The notes under the pieces are model-generated. The model saw nothing but the letters and a program-made list of their open reading frames with translations, was not told where the DNA came from and made no database searches. Shown in pieces: positions 37,879-50,301 of a DNA stretch of 64,000 nucleotides. Position numbers and translations under genes: made by a program. Numbering within the stretch: the first letter of the stretch is position 1; the number at the start of each line of letters is the position of its first letter. This stretch comes from Amphiscolops sp. MND2022 (taxonomy: Eukaryota): contig OZ076409.1 of NCBI GenBank assembly GCA_964187785.1, forward strand, positions 9,736,001-9,800,000, read 5' to 3'.

Positions 37879-39790
37879 GTATGAAAAATACAATACTCTT
37901 CCTGTACCTCTGCCATGTCTTTAGCCACCTTGGTTTTAACCACCTCGTTCACTCGGAAAAGCACTACTGATCTGTTCTGTTAATTAACCCCACCGATTCA
38001 ATTGCCCACCGCAGTTAAGCGGTCAAGTGAAGTTATCATTGATAGTAACAGCCAATCAAATTGCAGTATTTTATAACTCTAACTGCAACTGAAACTCATC
38101 GCTCATATTGGGGGAATTAAACTTTCCGGGTTTACTGTGGTGGTGAGAATGAACAGAAAGGGTCCGAGCCGACGTTTACTATACTATACTCGGGGTTTTC
38201 ACATCCTGGGCACTGAATTAATACCCTCATAATGATAATTTAACGTATCTGCTGAAAGTAGACAAACAATCATGGTTATTAAAATTAATTTTAAAAAAGC
38301 ATCAACAAAAGAGACTTCCAAGGGCTCATGCCGCTTGAATTCGAGCTTCTCAAAATTTGACATCATATTCAGCGATGTCCATGTTTATTCATAATTTAGA
38401 TGGAATTTAATAAAATCGTACTCGGTTTAAATTTGAGGCGTGTTTGCACACTAACATGACGGCGTTTGGGTTCTTGTGTTTTGAGTCTGTTTTCTGCTCC
38501 TGAATGCCCTTTACCTAAGTTTTCAAATGCGCACTAGTTAGATCGGGAGTTGGTGCCACTTGTTGGGGGTTAGAACCGGACCTTTCAAATGCCGGTCAAA
38601 CTCATAACTGAATATTCATAAAGGACCGTTCGCATCGAAACCGAAAAAGTAATGGTCTACGTATGTATGGCCCAGGTTACAGAGGGGGCTTGTCAAATAC
38701 GTGAGGAAGGTGTCGATACGCTGCAAGCTGCAGAGCCTCCTTGCAGTGTCAGTAACGGTCCCGTGAAAATAAATTTGAAAACCTCGGTAAGTGGAGGACT
38801 AATTTATAAAATAAAACACCGGATCGCAAAGTAGATGCTCGTCTATAAAACAGCGTATCACAATTGAGTTGCTCGTTATGAAATTACTGAGAGCTTGAGA
38901 GCCTCCCCTCTTCTAATAACTGAATAATAACTGAATCTTCATTGAAAAAACCTCTATATGCGTCTTCAATGGTGGCCTGCTGTGTTATTCGAGTGGGAAA
39001 GTAACTTAGCAACCAGTTACTCAGGTATCGAGAAAATGCTATTTCTCTGAAATGTAAAATTTTGCAAATTTTAACTTGGTGACTCGGAAAAAACTCAAAT
39101 AACAACTCACCCCAGATACTCTAATAGATTGTTGACAAGAAAGACAAAGTTTCGTTTTCCTCCATTCCTTATGCGTTTCGTAATTTTTTATTGATTGCGA
39201 AAAAAAACGATATCCTCATTTGAGGACGAAATCACTGTCGAGGTTAATAAAAATTGACATCACTGATCATATTTGAAAAAGGTAATTAAAATAGGCGGCT
39301 CTTTCAAAATTTTGTTCTTTTCTGTTTTTCCCCCCACCACCAAAATTTTTGAAAATAACTTTCCTTAAAAACTTTAGACTATCCTAATTAAAAGTAAAAC
39401 ATTCTTTCATAACAGGAAGTTAACTTCTATTAGAGTAGTTTTCTGCTTGAACAAAACATTGTTCACGCATTTTGACTATGATTATGTTCGTATTAAGTGT
39501 CTATTGATGACTTAAAACAGGAAGCTGTTGATTTCTTCATCAAAAATGCGTGACTACTTAAGGAAAAAGTGTGAACAAAGTTTGTATCTGAATCCTTAAC
39601 TATCACCTTGAGAATAAGTTTAAAACTGAAGCTTTCTGGTTTGTATTCAAATCTATTTGTTATAATATTTTCACTAATTTTCCAAAAAAAATTTGGTGGG
39701 GGGGGGAAACAGAAAAGAGCCCTAAATTTTTTCACATTGTGGGTTTGAAGTAAGTTAGTCGAAGTAAGTTAGTTGAAGGCCTTGTTTTAG

Positions 39791-40028
39791 TGGGAGACAA
39801 AACCTTGTCATTCTGGCTGATGGACAAGGAAATGTACACGGGCATGTCTTGCGTGGTTCCTCGCAGTCTTGTCGTTGACCGCGGGATGGCGCTGCACAAG
39901 ATGATCAGACTGCTCTCCCACGCAATGGGCGGCGAGGGATACCTCAACTTCATCGGCAACGAGTTCGGACATCCCGAGTGGCTGGACTTCCCGCGGGAAG
40001 GAAACGCATACAGTTACCATTACGCTAG
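39791..40028 (+). CDS. GBE1: Branching enzyme exon 6
   Basis: [15 protein letters not shown]...[29 protein letters not shown] boundaries in phase. Confidence 0.96.
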
Positions 40029-40043
40029 GTGCGCAAACACTTC

Positions 40044-40738
40044 AAAAGCCGAGTCATACAGCCAATAAAATTAATTGAGATGATGCTTTCTAAATTGATC
40101 ATTATGAAAATCGGCCATTTGGTTTCGCTTTAAAATCGACCATTTTGTAACGTTTTCAAAATTGGCCATATAGTTATGTTGAATATAGGACGAATATTTT
40201 GTGAAAACCTGATACTTTCTCAAATCATTTGAGTCTGAGAACACCACTGAATCTATGATATCGCAACGAAGTTTCTTGATAATTTAAAGACTTTCCAATG
40301 CCAGCAAAACTGTGATATAATTCTAGGACAATACGCCCAAAGACATTACGCCCAATAATTATACATATAAGAATCTTCCAAATTAGTGGGCGTAATGTCT
40401 TCGTGCGTATTGTCCTAGAACTGCTAGGTGATTTCATCACTTACTCAATTTCATTTTCACTGGCTTTTGAAAGTCTTTGAATTATCAAGAAGCTTTGTTG
40501 CGATATCACTAGTCCAGTGGTGTTCCCAGATGCAAATGATTTTAGAAAAGTATCAGATTATTGCCTAAAAATTCATCCGATATTCAACATAGCAAAAGGA
40601 CCAATTTTGAAAACGTCACAAAATGTTCGATTTTAAAACGTTACAAAATGGCCGATTTTCAAAATGACCAATTTAGAAAACATTATTTTATCGAGTTAGT
40701 TATCTATATTATTTTTATCGGCTGTATGACTCTGCTTT
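40044..40738. mobile_element. Foldback/palindromic element (~690 bp) with an inner 100-bp inverted-repeat module
   Basis: Arms pair along most of their length (GAGTCATACAGCC/GGCTGTATGACTC; AAAATCGGCCATTT/AAATGGCCGATTTT). Inner TTCTAGGACAATACGC...GCGTATTGTCCTAGAA at 40321-40420. Confidence 0.8.
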
Positions 40739-42478
40739 CTTCCTTCAAGGGCGTTTTTAACACTTTGAGGATCGGCCGGTTTGTTAGCGTTTATTGAATC
40801 GGCCATTTTGTTATACCTAAGAATCGGCCGTTTTGTAGCGTACCCGTAAAATTTCCCAAATCCCGTGCAAATTACGCGCGTCTCTGCAGAATCTTTATGA
40901 ATAAGCTAATAAAAATAGTAAGATAATAAAAATATCATTCGTGTTATACTGATCCGATTCTCTCACTTAATATTGCAGAAAGCGTCAACCTAATTTTTCT
41001 GAACAGAGAATGGTGATATTGGAGCTATGAGAGTTACCACCTACTTTCAATTAGCCTGAACCCATTTCTATTTGTCTGATTCAGTCTCCGCTCCGCCTTT
41101 TGACGTCTATTATTCATTTACTCATGTAAACTGAGTAGTCATTTGCATTATCGGAGCATGACATCGGCGGCTATTGAATTGATGAATGAAATCTTTGTTT
41201 ACTCTATCCTGTTTGACCTCCCGAATACTTGACCACTCCTCGTTACGTGCACTGTTCTTACCCCTAATTGTCATGTTCTTGAGGCCATGCTGTATGGTGA
41301 CTATTCAAATCGTAGAATATTCAAACTGTCGAAAAAATCAAGGCTATTCATAGCGTCGAAAGAATTCTATAGCGATTATTTTCAGGTTATAAATTGAAGA
41401 GGTTAGCATATTTGTTGTATGGCTCGGTCGCTTCGCTCCCTTCGCCAAGTAGCAACATTGAGGCATGGTCATATGGCACGTCGCTTCGCTCCTGCATTTA
41501 GGGTACTAGGGGTATATGAGCATAGCTGATTACATTATCGTAATTAGTTCGTCGCTTGTGCTGTATTCATTTTACTGAATTTGATTGGCTCATTGAATGA
41601 ATGTTTGGTCACGTGACTATGACGCGCAGTATTTACTGCGTATAAACTGCTTTCGACGCTTTGAATATTCTACGATTTGAATCGTCCCCATGCTGTATCC
41701 CATGGTCTTGTAATTTGTATATGGATCATGCTTCTTATCCCCCAAGCGGCCGCTGGGAGAAATAAGAAACATGGTTCAAATACCGTTATGTCGACATTAT
41801 TAGCGCTAAAATTTCTGTCCAATAAAATAATTGATGTCAATATAATCATATCTTTTACATTGACTGCCAATTAAAAGTTGTTCATTTTAATTGATTGCAG
41901 AGGAAAAGGGGCTTTTCTATGCAATTTTAGCTTGTTCCAGGGGTGATTTTTTTGTCAGAAAAATAACGAAGACCGCATAATTTTTGCTGCAAGTGTCGAA
42001 GCAACTCGTGAGACAACCTTTTAAGTATTAATAGCCATATCAATTTTTTGTCATTCGCACAAGAGGCTTTTTGAAGCATAAAAGATGTTTTCGTGTTGGG
42101 GGAATAAGATCTCTTTCACTAAACCCCCTGCAGCAAAAAGGGGGGACATAGTGAAACGCTATAAAATACATCTATTGCGCATTCTAATAGCGCAGATCTG
42201 CTCTTATCTAACAACGCTTCTGATTGGCTGAGTGGGGATTTTGATAAGAACCAATAAAGTGTCGTTAGTTATGACGACATCAGTTGATTGACAGAATAGC
42301 ATGAGAGATTAGCCAATAGGAGATAAATATAAATGAGCCACAAACATCCTTTTTCTTTAGGGGGGACATAGTGTAACGAGTGATATAGGGGGCATAGTGA
42401 AAGAGATCCGGGGAATAAATAACAGGATGTTCTGGGGGGTGGGGCGTTAACAAACATGGTCCTTGCATATATTTCATG

Positions 42479-43677
42479 GGATGCGGACAAAACAGCCGAT
42501 TTTAAAACGAGACCAAACAGCCGATTTCAAAATGAGACAGAACAAGCCGAATTTCAAAACGGGACAAAGCATTCGATTTTCAAAACGGAACAAAATGAGT
42601 GCTGTTACAGCCAATATGCATGGAAATTGATTTATTTGAAGAGGTTCATATGTAACGGCAAGCTCTGGTACAGCAATATCAACCGATTTTGCAACTTTGA
42701 CATGTTCAGAAATTTTGTCAAAAATTCTAATCCGATGTGTGACGTGGCACTGAGCATGTGATTGCTCTTTTCGCTGTTTCCACGAAATTGGCAGGTACTT
42801 CGACAACAAAGAGCAAGAACGAGCAAAAACACGGGCTCGCCGCCATGACAGAAGCCAGAGACGGCAAGAACATCCGAAAATAGACTCTTTTTGAGGTGCT
42901 AACACTGGTTTTATCGATTTTCAGCATTATGCTACCCTATGTAGCGGAAACCGTAAAAATGAGTCTTTTCGCCTAAAGATCCTTGTTTGGTGCTTGGAGC
43001 CCCTGCGCCCCAGCTTTTTAGCTGTGTGGTTTGCCATATTCGTGCCTGTTTTCATGTATTTTCAGTGATTTTGGCTGTATTCAGTAGCGCTAGCGCTAGT
43101 TTAGATCTTAGTCCCCAATTTTAGATCTTATTCACATGTCACCCCGGAACTGGAAATTTACCTTATTCTTGGCATTGTTTTTATATGCTAGTTAAGTGGT
43201 GGTCTTTAGAGAGTCAGAAAGATGCCCGTTACTATTAGCAATCAAAGACTAGGACCGGTTGGACAGTATTCGTCGAAGCACCCGCGGCCCCGGGACTTAT
43301 TTCACCCCTGGAGGCAAAATAGATCTGTGGCGATGGGCGCCTGTCCCGAGCGAATCACCCATTCCTGCAGGTTCCTCCACCTCAGTTAACGTGTTAAGCG
43401 ACCGATAACTGCTTGCCGTTACAATATTTGTAGTATGGCTCGGTCGCTTCGCTACCGTCGCCAAGTAGCAACATTGAGGCATGGCTTCGCTCCTGCATTC
43501 AGGGCACTAGGGGTATGTGAACATAGCTGACTAGTTTATAATAATAATTTTATTGACTGCTAATCTTACGCATTGACAAAATCATCCATTTTGTACTGTA
43601 TTAAAATCGGCTGTTTTGTCATATTTGAAAATCGGCTGTTATGTCGCGTTTAAAATCGGCTATTTTGTCCCGCTACC
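42479..43677. mobile_element. Non-autonomous TIR element with perfect 8-bp TSD (Merlin-like)
   Basis: TSD ATTTCATG at 42471-42478 and 43678-43685. GG-starting TIRs (GGATGCGGACAAAACAGCCGATTTT / AAAATCGGCTATTTTGTCCCGCTACC) with tandem subterminal repeats. Confidence 0.75.
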
Positions 43678-44596
43678 ATTTCATGCAGCCGCATTTTGCT
43701 GATTCGGAAATTTTCTGGTTCTTTACTCCTCGTCACGGTGTTAGAAGCAGTGAATTAGGTCGCTTGTAAGCGACGTAATGTAGAAAATACCGACAGCGAA
43801 AATGATCACGGAAATTGGCGCTACTTTGATTGGTCGGAACTATTTCTCAATTTTCAGAATATAGTAACCGTGCCGGGCCTGTTGGGCATCGGAATAGTTG
43901 ACAAGCATCATCACTGAATTCGGAAATGTTACCCTTAGACTTTTCAAAAGCATAGTTGTCTAGTACTCAGCGTTAAACTCGACACCAGTAGAATTGAAGC
44001 ACTTCTTTTGTACCAGTATTTTGTTGACAAAATAGTGTAACAGATCAAATTCGAAAATTCGCAGTTGTTGAAAAATTGAATTGCTTTGCCACAAAACTTT
44101 TCCAAAAAGCGCCGCTTACGCTTTAGGGGGTCAGTCACAAGCGCAACAAGTGATAGAACAAGCGTTTTTTGGAAAAACCTAATTCACTGGATAGTTTTAA
44201 TTATGTTTTAATTTTGATGACTTTCTTGAAGTAAACTCATAATAGTGAGTTGCCTCTCCAGAATCGAATTATACTGGATCGAAAATGATAATTCATTTTA
44301 AATTTCGAAACTAAAATTGGTTGTATGACACGGCCTTTCTCCCTCCTTCAAGTCGACCTTCTTCGAAACCTGCCGTTGGCTTTGTAGCGGCATGTCGCTT
44401 CGCTTCGCTACTGAATTTAGGGCACTATATATATGGTGTAATGGTAATGAAAATTTCACCTCATGAAAATCAAGTCACAATTCGATTCTAGATAATTTTG
44501 CTAATTTTTCGATCCTACATGATTCGGCTCTGCAAAGCAATCCCATAATAGTAAATGATTTGGTTTGACTTTCGTCGTATTTGTGTTTCATTTCAG

Positions 44597-45029
44597 GAGG
44601 CAATTCAATCTAATAGAAGACGAGTTGCTGAGATACAAGAACCTTTCATGGTTTGACAAGGACATGAATTTGCTGGAGAATGAATTCAAATGGCTGTCTG
44701 CCGATCCTGCTTACGTCAGTCGCAAACACGAGATGGACAAAGTGATTGTGTTCGAGAGAGCCGGATGTGTTTTCGCTTTCAACTTCCACCCCAACCAGAG
44801 TTACGCTGATTACTGGATCGGGGTGGAAAGGCCGGAACCCTTTGCATTCAAATGCGGCCTCAGCACCGACTGTGGGCGCTACGATGGTCATGATCGGGTA
44901 GACATGAACAACGTCTTCAAAGCGTTCCCAAAACCGCTAGATGGCCGCAGGTCTTCTCTGCAAATCTACCTGCCGTCCAGGGTCGCAATTGTTTTGGTAC
45001 CTGCTGATGTCTATGTTGGGCCTTGCTGA
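44597..45029 (+). CDS. GBE1: Branching enzyme exon 7 (C-terminal domain, stop)
   Basis: RQFNLIEDELLRYKNL...KVIVFERAG...FNFHP...IYLPSRVAIVL. The seven exons total 2115 nt = 704 aa + stop. AATAAA near 45806. Confidence 0.96.
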
Positions 45030-45070
45030 ATGAAGAAAGCAAGCTGTTGTGTATTCTTGAAACTGTACTC

Positions 45071-45373
45071 CAGGGTTTTGACATCGCTATTTTTTCGCTA
45101 AACCGCTAGTTTCAAAATCACTATACGCTGAAAAACGTTTTCGTCAAACTATTTAACGTTTGACTTTAATGATAATTCAGTTTTGGCAAGGTAAAAGACC
45201 AGAACTTGTCTTACTGAGTGAGTTTTACAAGAGTAAGAGTCGAAATTCATCTTGAAACTCCATGTATATTAAAGGAAGTTTTGAATTTGGACTAAATATT
45301 AGTCGACGCTAATTCGAATCGCTAAAAAATTTGCGCGACCGCTGTTTCGCTAATTAGCGGTGTCAAAACTCTG
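45071..45373. mobile_element. hAT-type MITE in the GBE1 3' UTR region
   Basis: TIR CAGGGTTTTGACA/TGTCAAAACTCTG; 8-bp TSD CTGTACTC/CTGTCCTC (7/8). Confidence 0.85.
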
Positions 45374-46949
45374 CTGTCCTCACACAAAGCGCTGCCTGTG
45401 AAACATTGATCCCCTGTGGGTTGTAGTTAGTGACATTACACGCACTTCCGGTGTTGATCTATATAAAGAAAACTGTTACGTTATCTATCGGATTTTGACC
45501 GTAATATGTTTCATTGGGAATGAACTATTCGTTCAAAAAATGTGCAAAATTGTCATCGCCTGTCTCAGGGTTGAAAACTCGATATTTTCATGTGGTCTTC
45601 TTTTTTCAACATCCTGGCGATGTTGCTAACATGATAATCTGATGTACTACTAATCTCAATGAGTGATTATTTGTAATCCTGAACAACAATGACTTTGCTA
45701 ATATCTGTTGAATTTGTATTTGAAACATTCTGACCAAAATGTATACAAAATTGACGCACTTTCGTAATAATTATATATCGAAGTTGAACTTTATATTTTC
45801 TCAGCAATAAAATTTAGTTTAAAAACAGTTTCGACTTTTTAGTTTCAACTCGATGAGATCAGTTGACTTCGCTGCATTGGCTCTGCAGAGATAAGGTAAC
45901 ACAAGTTTCTCGTGGTTTTGACTTCCGGATTTTTTTAAGCAGAGCACGGGTCCATTTCGATCATCGACCTAGTTCATTACAAAAAGTTGAACTTCGCTGA
46001 AAGGAATTCTAGCTCTCTGGAGATGCGTGCATTCAGATTTGAAGACGAGCAAAATTAAGATATTCTAGCTTCGAACAAGGCGAGAACGGCCAATGTCGGC
46101 GCCTAACTTCAGGTTCAAAAAAATCAAAGTTTTAATATGCAACGCTGCGACAATTATTGTTGACAAAATATTGTCAATATTACAGTTCCAAAAAATACAC
46201 GAGTCGTACTCTTGAGACTCGAAAGCCGCTTCTTTATTATTTCTGCGATAGCAGGAATAATATTGAAGTTTGAACTTTGAAACTTTTTTCAGTCAACTTT
46301 TCATACGCGATTCAAGTACCTACTGAAAAATTCAGATATTTTGTCGGCAGTGAGAATGAGCGTGAGATTTTAATTTCTCAAGCTGCGGACGACAATTCGT
46401 TTCTCGTGCGATGGAACGAGCGAGTGGTACTTATGCTTTCGTACGCCGAGTTATTGAAATGAAGCGAACGAGTGTTAACTATTCGTTCGCCGAGAGCTTC
46501 GCCTGCATTTAAATGCGAATACGAAACTTCGTCTACGCTTAGTAGTTATAATTTCTTTAGTCCGAGAAGAATTACAGGCGGTGTAAACTTGTAAAGTGAT
46601 TAATTGTGCGCTATATAATGATTAAACGGGAGTGTTTCGTTATTCCAGATATGCTTCTATTAATGAACATGAAAGCCTAAAAAGCAGAAACAATACTGTG
46701 CCCCAGAGGGGCCTATTTTCCCTAACTGGAAACGTAACAACACCCAAAATTTTGAGCAATTATTTTCGAAAAATCTCAAGTCGCGCACTGTCGAAAACTC
46801 AATAGAAGACCCTTTAAACTCGCAAAACGCATATTCTATCCAAAAGTGAAGTATTGCCCTCTGATTAAATGAAATTAATTTAAAGTCGCACAGTGCCGAA
46901 AAAAGGGAAAATACCTTTTGGTCTCGTTTAATTTTGCAAATATCAGAAA

Positions 46950-47022
46950 GTTGTCCACCCCAGGAATCGAACCTGCGGGCTCCTGGTCTCCAATCAGTCA
47001 CTCCCTCGCTAACCACTAGGCA
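46950..47022 (-). other. tRNA-derived / Pol III promoter-like segment inside a HINE-related repeat
   Basis: Minus strand shows an A-box-like CCTAGTGGTTAG and a B-box GGTTCGATTCC; no convincing cloverleaf. Confidence 0.45.
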
Positions 47023-48429
47023 AAGTGGTGGGAGCAACTCGCAATTTATAGATCAGACGTCAATGAGAAAGGTCGGTCAGCTCGCCGTCTTGAAAAAACC
47101 ACTATCTGCGTTTTCTACGTAAGTGCCCCCAAAAGTTAGTTTGGTTCTCTTCAAGAATTTGAAATGCAGAATAATACTTTAACCTCGACAGCACACTGAG
47201 AAGTCGAAAAATTGACAAAAGTTTGCTTCTGATTTTCTGCTCCTGAAAGCCCTTTGTCTAAGCTTTAAAATGCACACTAATTCAGCTGGGAGCTTCGCCG
47301 GGTCTTTCAAATTCCGGTCGTACGCACAGATGAAGCTTCATTGAAAAAAGTCCTTTATGCGTTTTCTATGGTGGCATACTGTGTTACTAAAGTGGGACAG
47401 TAACTTTGCAAACAGTTGCCCCAGTTATTGAGAAAAAACAAATTTTTTGAAATAAAATATTTTTGCAAAATCTCACTTTTTTCCAGTTACTTTTTTGCCG
47501 ATGTATCGGAAAAAAACATGTATATTGACACAAATAACGACTCACCTCAGTTAGTCCAATGGATTGTCGATGAGAAAGACAAATTTTCGTTTTCCTATTA
47601 TCATTTTGCGTTTCGTAATTTTCTATCGATTGAGAAAAAATCGCTGTCCTCATTTGAGGACGAAATCACTGTCGATGTTAAAACCGCGAAGTTCTATGTT
47701 ATCATCATCACATTTGTGTAAATGTCCTACAACTGGGAATAGAAATTTGTTTTGAACTCGCAAATATATTAACAATTGACCGCAGCTTATCGATCGATTG
47801 ATTGTTCATTGTATCATTGTATAGTTTGATCTGTGGTCTGACAAATAAATCGCCACTTTAAGAATCGCGCTTTTTTCAGAAAAAGCACGGACTAGAAATG
47901 AGAGTCTGCATGCGAAGAAAACGGTCAGTTAATGACATGCTTGTGATTGTGACCGCAACAAACGTCTCATTGAATGCTCAAGATTTCCGAAAACTTTTAG
48001 TTTTCCCTGACTTTTAGGAGAGAGTGGGAATAAATTTTCGATTACTTATGCTCACTCGTACTTTTTTCTCCCGAACTTTCAATGAAAATTTCAAATTTCT
48101 CAAACTGTTCATAGGAATTTTATAAAATTTTGCACGGTCATTCTACATTGTATCCGCAGATACTCTTGCGTGTGCAATGACATCAAAATAGTATGACTGG
48201 CATCTGAGTAACAGCCAAAATTAGTCCAAAAATGACAAAGTACATGTTTGTTCTGTTCTTCAATGTCTTAATCCGTTTCCGACTCCTTTACCGCACATGC
48301 GGCTCTGGTTTTACTATCCGGATGATCGGACATATTAATTTGTGACCCCTAGTGAAGAGAATTTAAAAAGGCGTCTATAAATGTTCCCTACAAGAATGAC
48401 AAACTTGTCCAGTTTGGTTTAAGGTTGTA

Positions 48430-48530
48430 ATGATAGCCAATCATAATGGAGATGAGAGTGGCACAAGTCGCATTAAAGTTTTACAGCAAACGAATAATGT
48501 CCGTGAACTTCAGACGATTATTCGCGACAA
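48430..48530 (+). CDS. UPRT: Uracil phosphoribosyltransferase homolog, coding exon 1
   Basis: MIANHNGDESGTSRIKVLQQTNNVRELQTIIRDK (RELQTIIRDK is conserved in animal UPRT); GTAAG donor at 48531. Confidence 0.85.
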
Positions 48531-48603
48531 GTAAGGACTTATCATTGAGTGCATGTAGAATCTTGGCTATGTTTGCAGATGCTTTTATTTTGACAACTCT
48601 GAT

Positions 48604-48939
48604 CAGAGTTTTGACACCGCTAATTAGCGGTGGCCAAGGAATTTGACTAATAGAATGTCCAAATTCAAAACTTCCTCTGAATATACCCGGAATTTCACAA
48701 TAAATATGGAAATATTCCTACCCTTGCCATCGTAAAACCTACACATAAAAAAATCCCTGTACAGTAGTATAAAAACACTGTATAAAAGTCTATTTTCTCG
48801 CAAACCTAATTTCGGTTACTAGTCAATTTTGAAAGTCAAACATTCAATACTTTGTAGAAAAAACCTTTTCAGCAAAATAGCGATTCTTAAATTAGCGGTT
48901 TAGCGATTAGCCGAAAAAATTAGCGATGACAAAACCCTG
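48604..48939. mobile_element. hAT-type MITE (same family as 45071-45373)
   Basis: TIR CAGAGTTTTGACA/TGACAAAACCCTG; TSD ACTCTGAT/ACTTTGAT (7/8). Confidence 0.85.
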
Positions 48940-49072
48940 ACTTTGATGAAAGTATTTAATCTCAATAATTACGAGATCAAAACTATACCTTTCTGGGGGA
49001 TTTGATTCTTTGAACCGTAGCCTTTTCAGAATCTAATGGGATTCTGGTTTCAATAAGAACTCGGCGACTGTC

Positions 49073-50301
49073 ATGGATCCGCTAAAACAGGCTTCCCTGA
49101 TTGACCAATGGGACGCAGATGCCCTTACGTCATTAATCAATGACGTCATTATCAACAAACTCAAAGGAATCACTGAAATATATCCAGTCTTGTACAATAC
49201 ATGGGATCGCTTCAGAGTTGACTCCGTTATCCAGTTTCTTATCACTTTTTCGTGTCTCAAACGTCACTCTTGCCTCCCGGGTCAAAAGCTTCTCAATATT
49301 TCCATGAACAGCCAGAAATCAGACAAGCCGCGGCTTCTATCCTTGCTTGATTGTCTGAAGTATGCGTCTGTTGAATTGCTGATCAGATTTTTACAAAACC
49401 CCTCATTGAACCATTTTGACATATCCAAGTTACTGCAAAGTTATAAGACCAAGGGAACAGAGTTTTGACACCGCGAATTAGTGAATTAGCGGCCGCGCAG
49501 AATTTTTGAAGCTATTTTATTAGCGATTCAAATTAGCGGCAAATTCAAAATTTCCTCCGGGTATACACGGAGTTTCAAAACGAGTTTCGAAAAATTGCAA
49601 CTCTTAACCCTTGTGAAGCCCACACAGCATGAAAAGTTCTAGTCTTTTTCTCGCGAAAACTGAATGAAGTTATCTTTCAATTTCAGAACATACTTGAAGT
49701 CAATCGAAAAAAAAACTATTTCAGCGAAATAGCGGTTTTAGAATTAGCGGTTTAGCGATTAGCGAAAAAAATAGCGATGTCAAAACCCTGTAAGGGAGGA
49801 ATTTTCACGAAAGAGTTCTATCTGGTATTTCGGTGGTTCGCTGCTATCACTGTTAGATTGTCAGTCCTACTAAATGAAGTGACTTTCATAGCTTCTGGCA
49901 GATACAAAAAGCTGCCCGATCGAATTTTCAAGTTCAACTCAGTCTCTGTTACCGGAAGTGACGGAGCATTAAATGCTGATTCAGTGCCAAGAGAGATTTT
50001 ATGGAAACTTAGTTTTGGAGTAATTTACATAGCTGTAACCACATTTATGAGACTACAGTGGTTTCACAGACTGTTCAGAAATGTGGAAAAAAGGATAAGG
50101 AATGATCACGGGGAGAAAGAGACAAGGGACGATGCTTGCCCGGTTTGTGGTTTGGTGCCAACGATGCCTTGCAAAGTGAAACCATGTGGTCACGTTTACT
50201 GCTACTATTGCATTCATCAGAAACTGAGGGTAGAAACTTCCAACTCATTCTGCAGTCGTCGCAAATGTTATGTTAAAATTGATACATACAATTTCATGTG
50301 A
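49073..50301 (+). CDS. PEX2: Peroxin-2-like RING E3 ligase, interrupted by a MITE (functional status uncertain)
   Basis: IDQWDADAL, LPGQKLLNI, FIASGRYKKLPDRI, PREILW and C3HC4 RING CPVCGLVPTMP...CGHVYCYYC match the Pex2 layout. AATAAA at ~50401. Confidence 0.8.
49458..49790. mobile_element. hAT-type MITE inside the PEX2 reading frame
   Basis: TIR CAGAGTTTTGACA/TGTCAAAACCCTG; TSD CAAGGGAA/TAAGGGAG (6/8). Confidence 0.88.

Noticed and set aside
14264..45029. Bacterial glgB or horizontal transfer
   Set aside because: Six GT-AG introns and eukaryotic GBE1-type motifs.
46950..47022. Functional tRNA gene
   Set aside because: A/B boxes are present, but I could not fold convincing acceptor and anticodon stems, and it is embedded in a repeat.
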